Source: Octopus bimaculoides (taxonomy: Eukaryota). From it: 64,000 bases of DNA. Position 1 is the first letter of the stretch, and every line of letters begins with the position of its first letter. Shown here piece by piece: positions 23,526 through 36,560 of this stretch. The stretch spans positions 28,495,035-28,559,034 of the forward strand of contig NC_068988.1 in the NCBI RefSeq assembly GCF_001194135.2, written 5' to 3'. Made by a program: the position numbers and the translations under genes. The notes beneath the pieces were generated by a model that saw only the letters and a list, made by a program, of their open reading frames with translations, was not told the DNA's origin and did no database searches.

Positions 23526-24196
23526 TCTACTAAAGGCACAAGGCATGAAATTCTGGGGGAGGGGACTAGTTGATTGCATCAACCCCAGTGTTTCACCGGT
23601 ACTTAATTTATCAAATCTGAAAGGATGAAAAACAAAGTCGACTTTGGCAGGATTTGAACTCAGAACGTTAAGACAGACGAAGTGCTGCTAAGCATTTTGC
23701 CTGGCATGCTAACACTTCTGCCAGCCCACCACCTTAATAATAACAACAACAACAATTTGCTCTCATACAATACCAGGCAGTGACTCTCATGACTTCTGAT
23801 TTGGGGGTGGGGTGGTGGGTATTTGACTGGTACTTATTTTATTGAAGCCAAAAGGATGAAAGGCAAAGATGACCTTGGTGGAATTTGGACTCAGAATGTA
23901 AATGCCTGGGAAAAATGCCACTTAGCATTTTGTTTGGCATGCCAACAGTTCTGCTAGCTTTCTACCCTACTACTGCTGCTGCTACTTCTACTAACAATAA
24001 CAACAACAACAGTAAATACTGCTGCTTCTACTACTACTACTGTTTCTAGTATAGGTACAAGGTAAGGTGATGAGCTGGCAAAACCGTTAGCACATTAGAC
24101 AAAATGCACCAATAAACACACTGAATTTTTTTTTTTATATATATATCTACCAATGAATAACCAAACTGGAATTATTCAATAAAATATTTTACATAC

Positions 24197-24320
24197 CTTT
24201 GAGAGATAACTTGCAATTTTATGATAATATTCCACAGTCATTTTCCCTTCGGAATATGGAGGAATTTTCTCAAGTTCATCAAGAGTGCAAGACATTAGTC
24301 TAATTTTAGAAAGGGAGCAG
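24197..24320 (-). CDS. ALS2: alsin exon
   Basis: CTLDELEKIPPYSEGKMTVEYYHKIASYLSK; gttcttcag / gtatgt. Confidence 0.88.
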
Positions 24321-25880
24321 CTGAAGAACAGAAACCAAACAATATTCAGATTAATTAATCTTTTAGTATTCAGATTATTCCATCAAATGTAATGCTTATT
24401 AATTCACATCATTTTCAATTAATCATGTGTGATCTTGTAGTGTCAAGATTTCAATGATGTGATTCTTTATTATTCGAATGACATTGTAGGTTAGATGTGA
24501 AAGGTCAGATCTAGCTGGTTTGAACATAAAGCAGGAAGAATATTTGGGCCTGATATGGCCGGTCTAAATGCTGAATAATTAAACAATGTAGAATAGTTTC
24601 TTGTTTAGAAATGTTGAAAAAATGAAGGAGTTGATATAAGGTTTAGAAAAAAAAAACAATGCAAAAATATAGAGAAACATATATATAGAGACCCCCCCCC
24701 CNNNNNNNNNNNNNNNNNNNNNNNNNNNNNNNNNNNNNNNNNNNNNNNNNNNNNNNNCCCACATTATACCTCTTTAATTGTGTGGACACTACTCTTTAGC
24801 ACAATGCCCAGGTGGGTTAAATCATGAAAAACTGCATAAGGTATCTCATTACTCTCTTTTACTCGTTTCAGTCATTTGACTGCGGCCAAGCTGGAGCACC
24901 GCCTTTAGTCGAGCAAATCAACCCCAGGACTTATTCTTTGTAAGCCTAGTACTTATTCTATCGGTCTCTTTTGCCGAACCGCTAAGTTACGGGGACGTAA
25001 ACACACCAGCATCACTTGTCAAGCGATGTTGGGGGGACAAACACAGACACACAAACACACATATACGACGGGCCTCTTTCAGTTTCTGTCTACCAAATCC
25101 ACTCACAAGCCTTTGGTCGGCCTGAGGCTACAGTAGAAGACACTTGCCCAAGGTGCCACACACTTGGACTGAACCCGGGTTACAGATTTAAATGCATCAA
25201 ATGACATTATTTTGCATCTAGAAATAAATCTTTCAAAAACGATGACATCCATTTACTTTTCAGATGTCTGTGTATATACGTATTAGTAGGAAATTCTAAA
25301 TATATATCTATCTTTGTTTATCACAGGTATTTGATTAAAAAAAAAACAAAACAACCATATTAAATGAATCAGAGATAAATGAATTATAGAACATATGGTA
25401 AAATAGGTTTTGTTCCTGATCCCAAGTTCTCCCTCTGACTTACCCAAATAACACCTCCAAACAGCTTTTAAACATGCATAATGATATTGTTTCATGTTTG
25501 GAAAAATATTTAGAGTAAAATTCAATAACATATGACCAGTAAATGATTAAAAAGTAACTGAAAAACATCATAAGAAGCAGAATTTTTGACTAATCACCGA
25601 TCTGTGTTATCACAGATCAATTAGTGATAAGCATAAAATAGTTCACAATAGAGTGTATCATGTTATTCTGGATCAGTGATGAATGGATCAGTGATAAATA
25701 AGGATAAATGTATAACTCTTCTATTTCCATAGGTTTACATTATAACTGATTAATGCCTTATAACTGATCAATACAAAATTCCACTAAAACAATGTACAAT
25801 TTCACAGGGATTAAAATCTTATATATATTTGGATTTGGAGTAAATAAGACTAAAATAAGGTTGAAAATAGGATTACTCAC

Positions 25881-26054
25881 TTGTAGTCTTGGTCACTCAA
25901 TGATTTCTTCCCACTGGAGATCATAACAGCTACAGCCTGCCAAGCTTTAGCTGGGTCTGGTTTGCCTTCTCCAGTGTAACCAAGCATAGCCTTGCAATGA
26001 CTAAAGATATCTTCCCATTTACGGTCTGCTGGCACAGATAATGTACCGTAAGTT
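25881..26054 (-). CDS. ALS2: alsin exon
   Basis: LSVPADRKWEDIFSHC...KAWQAVAVMIS versus human LAVPADEKWKAVF...KAWDNIAVAL. Confidence 0.93.
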
Positions 26055-26550
26055 CTATAATAAAGAAGAATGGAAATAAGAAAGTTTTGAATCCCTTAAT
26101 AACCAGCTCAAAAAAGCTTAGCTTCATTGTCATCATCATTTAACATCTGTTTTCCATCCTAGCATGGGTTGGATGGTTTGACAAGCATCTGTTGAGCTGC
26201 AGAGCTGTGTCAGACGCCATGCTAGCTTTGGTATGGTTTCTATGACTGGATGCCCTTCCAAATGCAAACCACTTTACAGTACATTCTAGGTGCTTTTTTG
26301 TGACATTGGTACTAATGAGGTCAGCAAGTAACTTGCAAGACAAAAGCGAAAAGGAAAAGGCCCCTTCAAATGGGTGGGTATATATTTGAAAGAGAGAGAG
26401 AGAATGAATTTTATGTCAGGTGTTGAAGGCTAAAAGTATGACAGAGGGACACCACAAACTTCAATGAGGTAAGTAGCATGCGTACTGATTGTGTGAACGT
26501 GAGTAAATTGTTGATGTGAGTGACACTCACTGTAGCAATATCTCACTTAC

Positions 26551-26699
26551 TTTGAGTGGATCCCATAGGTAAGGTCTGCTTTCTTGACTGTCTCAGGAGG
26601 AAGATTTTTATGGAATGTAGCATTTACTTTGATGCCAACATTCCAAGAACCTGTGAAATGTCCTTCAAGACTATCCCCATTTGGTAGTCGTAATGTCCC
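26551..26699 (-). CDS. ALS2: alsin exon (MORN)
   Basis: GTLRLPNGDSLEGHFTGSWNVGIKVNATF. Confidence 0.93.
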
Positions 26700-26712
26700 C
26701 TGAAAAAACGGA

Positions 26713-26760
<48 letters not shown>

Positions 26761-26971
26761 CCTTTCTACTAGAGGCACAAGGCCTGAAATTTGTGGGGAG
26801 GGGAATAGTTGATTACAGTGACCCCAATGTTTTATTGGTCCTTAATTTATTGACCCAAAAGGATGAAAGACAAAGTCGACCGCAGCAAAATTTGAACTTA
26901 GAACGTAGTGGCAGACGAAATACCACTAAGCATTTTGCCTGGCGTACTAACGATTCTGCCAGCTTGCTGCC

Positions 26972-27015
<44 letters not shown>

Positions 27016-27088
27016 CTGGAAGATCAGTGAATTGAGAAACCTAGATAGAAAAACCAGAAAACTACTAACAGCGTAAATAATAATAATG

Positions 27089-27123
<35 letters not shown>

Positions 27124-27397
27124 GGAGGTGAAATAGAACCAGTGTGTGCACGCTTATTATTAGTATAATGACCCTTCTGAGATACAACAACAAAATTTTA
27201 AGTTGTTCTTATTTCAAGTTGTTGGCTATTTACAAATAAATAGATACATAGATACAGCAACCCTATTAATATATACTGAACACCCTATATTTTGGTTCAC
27301 AATACAGACACACAAATAGTTAATTCATTTCCTATAGAGAAACGTGATAAATTTTCATCATAGGCTGATATAAAACATTTCAAAACGGTATACTTAC

Positions 27398-27475
27398 TTT
27401 ACCATTTAGTTGAGTGATTCCAGAGAATTCACCTTCGTAGCAGCTGTCATCATCAGTTAACATCAGTCCAAAACC
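27398..27475 (-). CDS. ALS2: alsin exon (MORN)
   Basis: GFGLMLTDDDSCYEGEFSGITQLNGK. Confidence 0.93.
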
Positions 27476-28053
27476 CTATAAATAGATAAGTCAGGAATTA
27501 ATGGAACATGTAACAACAATTCTGAAAATAAAATGTCGCTAAATTTTATATTTCTTTTTCTCATTTTTACTTTTGCACTAATTCTTCATTTGGGTAAAAT
27601 AACTCTGAAAATTTGGGTACTTACACACATCCTCATCAATATCATTTAGTGTCTGTTTCCCATGCAGGTATGGTTGGACGGTGTGACCAGAGCTGCACCA
27701 GGCTCCAATTGTCTGTTTTGGCAAGGTTTCTATGGCTGGATGCCTTTGCTAATACCAACCCCTTTACAGAGAGGACTGGGTGATTTTTACATGGTACTGG
27801 CATGGGTGCTTTTTACGTGGTGCCAGTACAGCAAATTAATAGCATTTTGCCATCTATAAATTCTAAACAGTAGAGGTACAGGAGTGGCTGTGTGGTGAAG
27901 CTTTTGCTTCCCAACCATGTAATCTTGAGTTCAATCCCGCTGCATGGCACTTTGGACAAAGTGTCTTCTATGAAAGCCCTGGGCCTTGAGATGAAAGACT
28001 AATTGAAAAATTACCAGAGACCAAAGAGAAACTGCAAAAAAGGTGGTTCTTAC

Positions 28054-28163
28054 ACTGAGTTTTCCTTGGACAAAATTCCCCTCAAAATACATGCCGTCCA
28101 GAGTGACCACAATGCCACCACCATGTTTTTGGTCATCTTGCCACATTCCCATATATTTCTCAC
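28054..28163 (-). CDS. ALS2: alsin exon (MORN)
   Basis: GEKYMGMWQDDQKHGGGIVVTLDGMYFEGNFVQGKLS. Confidence 0.96.
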
Positions 28164-28497
28164 CTTCAAATAGATAAAAAAAAACATCATCATCATCAAC
28201 AACACTGTTCATCATCATCATTTAACCCTTTCGTTTTATCATCATCATCATTTAGTGTCCATTTTCCATGCTGGCATGGATTGAACAGTTTGACGGGAGG
28301 TAGAATGGCTGTATTTAAGTGTTTGTTTACATTTGACCTTCAGTGAAAATTGTGAGCAACAAGCAGTGATGTTGTTGCCATTCCTCCTGTCAACACTTCA
28401 TCTGCTGTCTTTCTGACTTCAAAGAAGTTTGAAATTGATCTCTTAATTAAAAAAAACACACAATCATTAGCATCCAGAAAGGTATCCAGCCGTAAAA

Positions 28498-29204
28498 CAG
28501 GGGTCCTCAACCCTCTTTTTACTTATGGACCCCTTTGATTCCTGTTTTACTCTAATGGGCCTTCATTATCCAGTCAGTGTTTAAAAATGTCTCATTCATC
28601 ATCATCATTTAACATCCGTTGTCCATGCTGACATGGGTTGGATGGTTTGACCAGGGTTGGTCAGATGGAAGGCTGCGCCAGGCTCCAGTCCGATTTGGCA
28701 TGGTTTTCTACAGCTGGATGCCCTTCCTAACGCCAACCACTCCAAAAGTGTAATGAGTGCTTCTCCATGCCACCGCCACAGGTGCCATTTGCATGACACC
28801 AGTATCTGCCATGACTGTGGTTTTGCTCGGCTTGATGGGACTTCTCAAGCATGACATAATGCCAAAGGTCTTGGTCATTGCCTCTGTGAGGCCCAACACT
28901 CGAAAGGAACTCAGCCACTTTGCCTCTGTGAAGCCCAATGCTCAAAAGGAGCTCATTCACATCGCCTCCATGAGACCCAATGCTCAAAAGGTGCTTTTTA
29001 CTTGCCAGTTACATGACACCAGCATCAGCCACAACTATGATTTCACTTGGCTTGACGGAATTAAATAAGAAAGAATTGTATGAAAAAATTGTTAAAATGT
29101 TTTGTATATTGCAGAAGTATAACCAGTTTATTGTAGATAAATGTTAACAACAAAATTTTATATGGACCTTCAAGGGCCATACGGACCCTGGTTGAGAACT
29201 ACTG
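28498..29204. mobile_element. hAT-like MITE with nested LINE 3' fragment
   Basis: ends CAGGGGTCCTCAACC and GGTTGAGAACTACTG; LINE piece at about 28600-29060 inside; no clean TSD. Confidence 0.55.
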
Positions 29205-29288
29205 ATCTAACCCATGCTAGCATAGAAAAACAGAGGTGAAAATGAATGAAAAATATAAATAAATTATGTGAGAGTTAGTCATCCTTAC

Positions 29289-29455
29289 CTCGAAGTACAT
29301 CATCTAATACTCCATATCCATTACGTTTGTCGGCCATCCATTCTCCTATGTAAACACTGGCAACACTGGACATGTGCTTACCCTGGCGCAAAACTCCATG
29401 CCCAAACTTTTGTCCATCTTTGAAATAACCCTGGTAGCGGTCTCCATTTGGATAC
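29289..29455 (-). CDS. ALS2: alsin exon (MORN)
   Basis: YPNGDRYQGYFKDGQKFGHGVLRQG...YIGEWMADKRNGYGVLDDVLR. Confidence 0.96.
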
Positions 29456-30426
29456 CTGGAATCATGCAAAATAAAATAGTCAATGAAGTAGAAACTTATT
29501 TATAGATGCTAAAAAATATATATATATATATATATACATTGGACACAGAAACTCAGCTTGCGAAGACCTGTTGAAGCAAGTGAAAGAGAAATCGTGATGG
29601 CACATGTGCCGGTGGCACGTGTAAGGACATTCGAGCGAGATAGTTGCCAGTGCCGCTGGACTGGTTCCCGTGCAGGTGGCACATTAAAGACATCATTTTG
29701 AGCGTGGCCATTGCCAGTACTGCTTGACTGGCCTTTGTGCCGGTGGTACGTAAAAGCACCCACTACACTCTCGGAATGGTAGGCGTTAGGAAGGGCATCC
29801 AGCTGTAGAAACTCTGCCAAATCAGATTGGAGCCTGGTGTAGCCATCTGGTTCACCAGTCCACAGTCAAATCGTCCAACCCATCCTAGCATGGAAAGCAG
29901 ATGTTAAACGATGATGATGATGATGATGATGATGATCAGCAGATTGCAGCTTGCCAAAAGGAGGAGGAAGTGTTTGTCTAATAATTTAATGTCCTTCTAT
30001 GTTGGTGCAGGCATGACTGTGTACTGAAGAAGCTTGCTTTGCTACCATGTTGTTTAGGGTTCAGTCCCACTGTGTGACATCTTAGGCAAGTGACTTCTAC
30101 TGTAACCCTGGGGCCAACAAATGCTTTGTGAATGAACTTGGTAGAAGGGAAACTATGAAAGATTGTCATATAAATATGCATGTGTTTGTCTCCTCTGACC
30201 AACACCCACTTGACAATCAGGTTGGTCTGTTTACTGTAACTTAGCGACTAAGCAAAAGAAACCAACAGAATAAGTACAAAACTTAAAAACAAAAAAAATA
30301 AATTCTGGGTTGATTTGGTTGACTAAACATCTTCAAGGTGGTTCTCTAGCATGGCCACAGTCTAATTATTGAAACAAGTAAAAAACTAGAAGATAAAGGA
30401 TAAATTAAATAATTAAAATTACTTAC

Positions 30427-30519
30427 ATAACTGAGCCCAGCCCATTCATTTTGCCTTCTTTCCAGCAACCTTCATAGATTTCTTCAGAGTCTGATTTGGG
30501 TACAATATATTTTCCATTT
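30427..30519 (-). CDS. ALS2: alsin exon (MORN)
   Basis: NGKYIVPKSDSEEIYEGCWKEGKMNGLG. Confidence 0.93.
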
Positions 30520-31338
30520 CTGAAACACAACACATATATTGATAAATAAATTTGAGAACCAAAAATAAATAAATAAATAAAAATAAAATAACATACGCAG
30601 GAGTGGCTGTGTGGTAAGTAGCTTGCTTACCAACCACATGGTTCCGGGTTCAGCCCCACTGCGTGGCACCTTGAGCAAGTATCTTCTACTATAGCCTCAG
30701 GCCGACCAAAGCCTTGTGAGTGGATTTGGTAGACGGAAACTGAAATAAGCCTGTCATATATATGTCGTATATATATATAAATGTATATATATATGTGTGT
30801 GTTTGTGTGTCTGTGTTTGTCTCCCCAACATTGCTTGATAACCAATGCTGGTGTGTTTACGTCCCCATAACTTAGCGGTTCGGCAAAAGAGACCGATAGA
30901 ATAAGTACTAGGCTCGACTAAAGGTGGTGCTCCAGCATGGCCGCAGTCAAATGACTGAAACAAGTAAAAGAGTGATCTGGGTTGAGCAGCTTGAGGTTTC
31001 AAGGTGTACATGTGTGTGTGTATGCATGCATACATATATTTGTATATGTTTGTATGTAATGTATGTATGCACACGTGTGTTTCACAAAATGCATTTGTTC
31101 AGGTTTTTGTTCAAAAACTTGAACGAGTGTTTTTTCTTATTTTTGATGAAACTCAAAGTATCTACAAAATTAATCATTTTCTCTTTTCTCAACACCAAAC
31201 ACACTTGACTATTTTTTATCTCAGCTCTTAAAGAGTTCAACAAATTTTCTGTTTTATTATTACCTGGACACTACTCTAGGAACAAACAAAATTTTCTACA
31301 GAACACATATACCTTGGTACATTTTTACAATTACTTAC

Positions 31339-31404
31339 CCATGCTGTAAGCCATTCTTAAATTTTCCAATATAACGTCTTCCATCAGGCCATTTCATCTC
31401 ACCA
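31339..31404 (-). CDS. ALS2: alsin exon (MORN)
   Basis: GEMKWPDGRRYIGKFKNGLQHG. Confidence 0.94.
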
Positions 31405-32289
31405 CTGGAAGAGGGGAAAAACAAAACAGAAAATGATGACGGTTTGATCTGGGACACAAAAGCTGGAAAATTGAATGCAGACAAAATAAAATCTAACCCT
31501 TTTACTTAAACATACAGCCAGACAAATCATTGTTATCATCATCATCATTACTGTTATTATTATTATTAAGTACTAGTGGTAAAAAAATACACTCAGTATG
31601 TGTTGTAAAGTGGCTGGTGTTATGAAGGGCATCCAGCCATAGAAATCATGCTAGAGCAGACATTGGAGCACAATATGGTCCTTAGACCTACTGGATCCTG
31701 CCAAACCACCTAATCCATGCCAGCACAAAACATGGACATTAAATTATTATTATAATAATAATTATTATTATTATTATTATTATTATTATCATTATTATTA
31801 TTATTATTAAGGCGACGAGCTGGCAGAATTGTTAGCCTGCCAGGCAAAATGCTTAGCGGTATTTCATCTGTCTTTATGATCCGAGTTCAAATTCCACTGA
31901 GTGGTGACTTTGCCTTTCATCCTTTTGGAGTCGATAAAATAAGTACCAGTTATGTACTGAGCCAAAAAGATGAAAGTCAATGAAGACCCTAGTGGAATTT
32001 GAAACCAGAACGTAAAGATGAATGAAATGCCACTAAGCAATTTGCCCAGCATGCCAACAACTCTGGCAGTTCATCAACATCATTATCATCATCATTTAAT
32101 GTCTGTTGTCCATGCTGGCATGAGTTGGACGGTTTGACCAGGGTTGGTAAGATGGAAAGCTGCGCCAGACTCCAGTCTAGTTTTGCATGGTTTTCTACAG
32201 CTGGATGCCCTTCCTAATGCCAACCAAGAGTGTAATGGGTGCTTTTATGTGCCACCGGCACAGGTGCCATTTGCATGTCACTGGGGTGG

Positions 32290-33000
32290 GTGAGGAAGAG
32301 TATGAGGAGGAGTGATGAGATGAAGGAGGGAGGAGAGGAAANNNNNNNNNNNNNNNNNNNNNNNNNNNNNNNNNNNNNNNNNNNNNNNNNNNNNNNNNNN
32401 NNNNNNNNNNNNNNNNNNNNNNNNNNNNNNNNNNNNNNNNNNNNNNNNNNNNNNNNNNNNNNNNNNNNNNNNNNNNNNNNNNNNNNNNNNNNNNNNNNNN
32501 NNNNNNNNNNNNNNNNNNNNNNNNNNNNNNNNNNNNNNNNNNNNNNNNNNNNNNNNNNNNNNNNNNNNNNNNNNNNNNNNNNNNNNNNNNNNNNNNNNNN
32601 NNNNNNNNNNNNNNNNNNNNNNNNNNNNNNNNNNNNTGAGGAGGGGAAAAGAGGAAGATGAGGAGGGGAAGAGAAAGAGGAAGATGAGGAGGGGAAAAGA
32701 GGAAGATGAGGAGGGGAAGAGAAAAAGGAAGATGAGGAGGGGAAGAGAAAGAGGAAGATGAGGAGGGGAAGAGAAAGAGGAAGATGAGGAGGGGAAGAGA
32801 AAGAAGATGAAGATGAGGAGGGGAAGAGAAAGAAGATGAAGATGAGGAGTGGAAGAGAAAGAAGAGGAAGCTGAGGAGGGGAGGAGAAAGAAGACGAAGT
32901 GAGGAGGGGAAGAGAGAGAAGACGAAGATGAAGAGGGGAAGAGAAAGAAGAGGAAGGTGAGGAGGAGAAGAGAAAGAAGAGGAAGGGGTGGGGACAGGAG
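32290..33000 (+). repeat. polypurine (GAGGAA/GAAGAT-type) tandem low-complexity tract, partly in a gap
   Basis: repeating AGAGGAAGATGAGGAGGGGAAGAGAA-like units; N-run 32342-32636. Confidence 0.9.
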
Positions 33001-33035
33001 AACGTAGTAATGCCATAGAAAAATCGAACCCTTAC

Positions 33036-33241
33036 AAGCCGTGTAATTTTCCTTTCATCCAAGCTCCATTGTAGACTGCATCTTTAAAGGTGGAATGCTT
33101 GGTGAACTTGTGCTGTGCCTGTCGTACTAAAGGTGGGTTGAAGCGGTTCATTTCCACCTGGCTACAGCCACTGGTCGATGTTGATTTCCTTGGTCGATAG
33201 CAGTTGTTAATGGAACTGTTCAGCTTTATCAGCCACTCAGT
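33036..33241 (-). CDS. ALS2: alsin exon (end of PH, first MORN)
   Basis: TEWLIKLNSSI...PPLVRQAQHKFTKHSTFKDAVYNGAWMKGKLHG. Confidence 0.93.
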
Positions 33242-33548
33242 CTACAAGAAATGCATAGAATCATCACCATCATTATCATCATCATCATCATCAACAACAA
33301 CAACATTGATATTTAAATTGTCATTATCTTTTATGCCTTACTTGCTTCAGTCTTTGGACTGCAGTCATGCTGGAGCACCACCTCGAAGAAGAAACTTTTA
33401 GTCAAATGAATTTAGCCCAGTACTTATTTATGTTTAAGCCTGATATAAATTGTATCGGTCACCTTTGCCAAACCACCAAGTTGCAGGTGGATGTAAACAC
33501 ACCGACACCAGCTGTCAAGCAGTGGTGGGGTACAAACACAAAAACACA

Positions 33549-33593
<45 letters not shown>

Positions 33594-33955
33594 NNNNNNN
33601 NNNNNNNNNNNNNNNNNNNNNNNNNNNNNNNNNNNNNNNNNNNNNNNNNNNNNNNNNNNNNNNNNNNNNNNNNNNNNNNNNNNNNNNNNNNNNTAAGCCT
33701 AGTACTTATTCTATCAGCATCTTTTGCCGAACCGCTAAGTTACAGGGATGCAAACATACCAACATCAGTTGTCAAGTGATGGTGGTGGGGACAAACACAG
33801 ATATACAAACATATACATACATACAGCCACAAGGTTCCAGATTCAGTCCCACTGTGTGGCGCCTGGGACATGTGTCTGCTACTATAGATTCAGGCTGACC
33901 AAAACCTTGTGAGTGGATTTGGTAGATGGAAACTAAAAGAAGCCTGTTGTTTGCA

Positions 33956-34003
<48 letters not shown>

Positions 34004-34277
34004 TTGCCCCCACCACCACCACCACCACTGCTTAACAACCAGTGTTGATGTGTTTACGTTCCCATAACTTAGCAGTTTGGCAAAAGATACTGATAGAACA
34101 AGTACCAGGCTTAAAAAAAAAAGGAAAAAATTACTGGGGTTGACTTGTTCAACTAAAATTCAAGGCAGTGCCCCAGCATGGCCACAGTCTAATGACTGAA
34201 ACAAGCAAAAGATAAAGGATAAAAGAAAAAAACATGAATAAAAGTGATTACTTTAAAGAAGTTCTTAGCCTCTAAAC

Positions 34278-34520
34278 CAGGAATGAGCAACTATTCATCA
34301 ACTTGGGGCCGCATCGTACCATTTCCAAGTGAGAGAGGGCCAAATGATAAAACACATATGCATGAAATATTACTTGCCCACTTTACACTGAATTTTTTGC
34401 AATTCTTCTTAATTTTATTTGTCTTAGTATGAAATTAGTAACCTAGAAACTCATTGAGGGTCACACTGCAACATGTCGAGGGTTGCATGTGGCCCGCAGG
34501 TCGCAGGTTGACCATGCATG
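34278..34520. mobile_element. hAT-type MITE
   Basis: 8-bp TSD CTCTAAAC / CTCTAAAA; right end gcatgtggcccgcagg shared with the 18509 element. Confidence 0.7.
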
Positions 34521-34563
34521 CTCTAAAATATGCCAAAATCCAACAAATCTGTTGTTCACTTAC

Positions 34564-34630
34564 TTTGCTAGCAGATGAGGTGACAGTCAGAACGAAGGTT
34601 TCTTCAGGAGTAATGATTTGAAGAGAATCT
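34564..34630 (-). CDS. ALS2: alsin exon (PH)
   Basis: DSLQIITPEETFVLTVTSSASK. Confidence 0.92.
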
Positions 34631-35193
34631 CTGAAGAGAAAAGAAAATGAATTTAGTTAAAGAAATAAAATGTAGAAGATAAGAAGAATACACCAGAATC
34701 TGAAGAAACTACTGCAAGTCTATAGTGCTTCCACATTTTGGCACAAGGCCAGCAATTTATGGGGGGAGGGGCTAGTCGATTACATTGACTCCAGTGCTCA
34801 ACTGGTCCTTATTTTATTGACCCTGAAAGAATAAAAAGTAAAGCTGACTTTGGCAGGATTTGAACTCAAAATGAAAGACATGAAATGCTGCTAAGCATAT
34901 TTCCCAGCATGCTAATGATTCTGCCAGCTTACTGCCTTGCTGCTAGTTTATATTGATAACTATGCATGATGTGAGAAACCATTGTTGCTGCTGTCATCAT
35001 CATCATCATCATCATACCCTTTATGTAGTTCTTATGTTCAGTGTGATACAGAATGTGACAAAACTTACCTATTTTAAATTACGCGTACAACTTATTTTTG
35101 CCAGCTGAGTGGACTGGAGTAACTTGAAATAAAGGATCTTGCTCAAGGTCAGAATGCATTGCCAGGAATCAAACTCATGACTTTATATATGAC

Positions 35194-35231
<38 letters not shown>

Positions 35232-35321
35232 GCAAGCTTCTTTCAGTTTCCGTCTACCAAATATACTCATACAACTTTTAAACTAAGATGTATGTATGTA
35301 TATACACCCACAGATACTTAC

Positions 35322-35392
35322 TGTGTTTGTTCCGATTCCGAAGAGGTGTCTACCCATACAGTTTCAAGAGGAAATTCATTAATTGCAGATCC
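35322..35392 (-). CDS. ALS2: alsin exon (PH)
   Basis: GSAINEFPLETVWVDTSSESEQT versus human HVFPLATLWAEP. Confidence 0.9.
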
Positions 35393-36431
35393 CTGCAGAA
35401 AAAAAAAACAGAAAAGAAAAAAAAAGACAAAAATTTACATTGAAATCATGTGATCATGTGACCGACTAGACTTTCAGATGTTGTTACACATCGCTGGTCA
35501 CAATGCACTTTGCATTGTTTTAGCCCTCAAACGACACCACCCCACCGGCTAGGTAAGCAGGCCAACATTCCCCACCAATCAAAAGGGGGACTGGGACAAT
35601 GTGAAATGAAGTGTTTTGTTCAAGAACACAATGTATTGCCTGATCAGGGAATTGAACCCCTGATCTACCAATCATGAGTGCAACACCCTAACCACAAGGC
35701 CATGCACCTTCACACACTGATATAGATCAAACAAATAAAGTCAGTTTTATTCCCAAACTACCACTTATGACTATTGACTATTTTTACCAATAATACTAAA
35801 GACCTTTTACATTATTCTTTATTTTTCTTGAGCCTCAGGGCTTACTATGTTGGTTACCCAATTTTCAGTGCCACTGGACTGGCTCTTGTGCGGGTGGCAT
35901 GTAAAATACACCATTTTGAGCGTGGCCGTTGCCAGTACCGTCTGACTGGCCTTCGTGCCGGTGGCACATAAACGCACCCACTACACTCTCAGAGTGGTTG
36001 GCGTTAGGAAGGGCATCCAGCTGTATACACTCTGTCAAATCAGATTGGAGCCTGGTGTAGCCATCTGGTTTCACCAGTCCTCAGTCAAATCGTCCAACCC
36101 ATGCTAGCATGCAAAGCGGACATTAAATGATGATGATGATGATGATGAAATGACTGGAATCACAACATTTCTCCTAGACAGGACACAAATCCAAAGCAGA
36201 GTTCAAGCTCAGTAATTTTGAGGGGAGGGGACAAGAAAATTACATCAACCCTAGTACCTGACTGTTACTTTATTTTACCGATACCAAAGGATGAAAACTT
36301 CATAACTGCAACTATGTGATTGCAAAGCAATGCAAACTTCTTGGCCACAGAGTCAAATCTGTGCTCATGTATGATTAGATCATCTTTTTTATCTAAAAGC
36401 TCAAAAGATAAAAATTTAGCTGAATACTCAC

Positions 36432-36560
36432 ATGGATATGTACAAAGATGTCATTGAAAAGGTGGAAGTTATGGACGAAGAACCGTCCTGCACTGGCCTG
36501 GGTCAGAGGATTCTGCTTGGTGTCATACAGGAGTCGTCTTTCAGGGGTACGAAGAGCGTC
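36432..36560 (-). CDS. ALS2: alsin exon (PH)
   Basis: DALRTPERRLLYDT...AGRFFVHNFHLFNDIFVHIH. Confidence 0.95.

Noticed and set aside
25590-25780. Short palindrome GATCTGTG-ttat-CACAGATC and repeated GATCAGTGAT / ATAACTGAT motifs
   Set aside because: Too short and AT-rich to distinguish from a decayed repeat; no termini identified.
28880-28995. 42-bp tandem units as a CRISPR-like array (also 43115-43270)
   Set aside because: No unique spacers and no cas genes; eukaryotic context; the units derive from the LINE ORF2 end.
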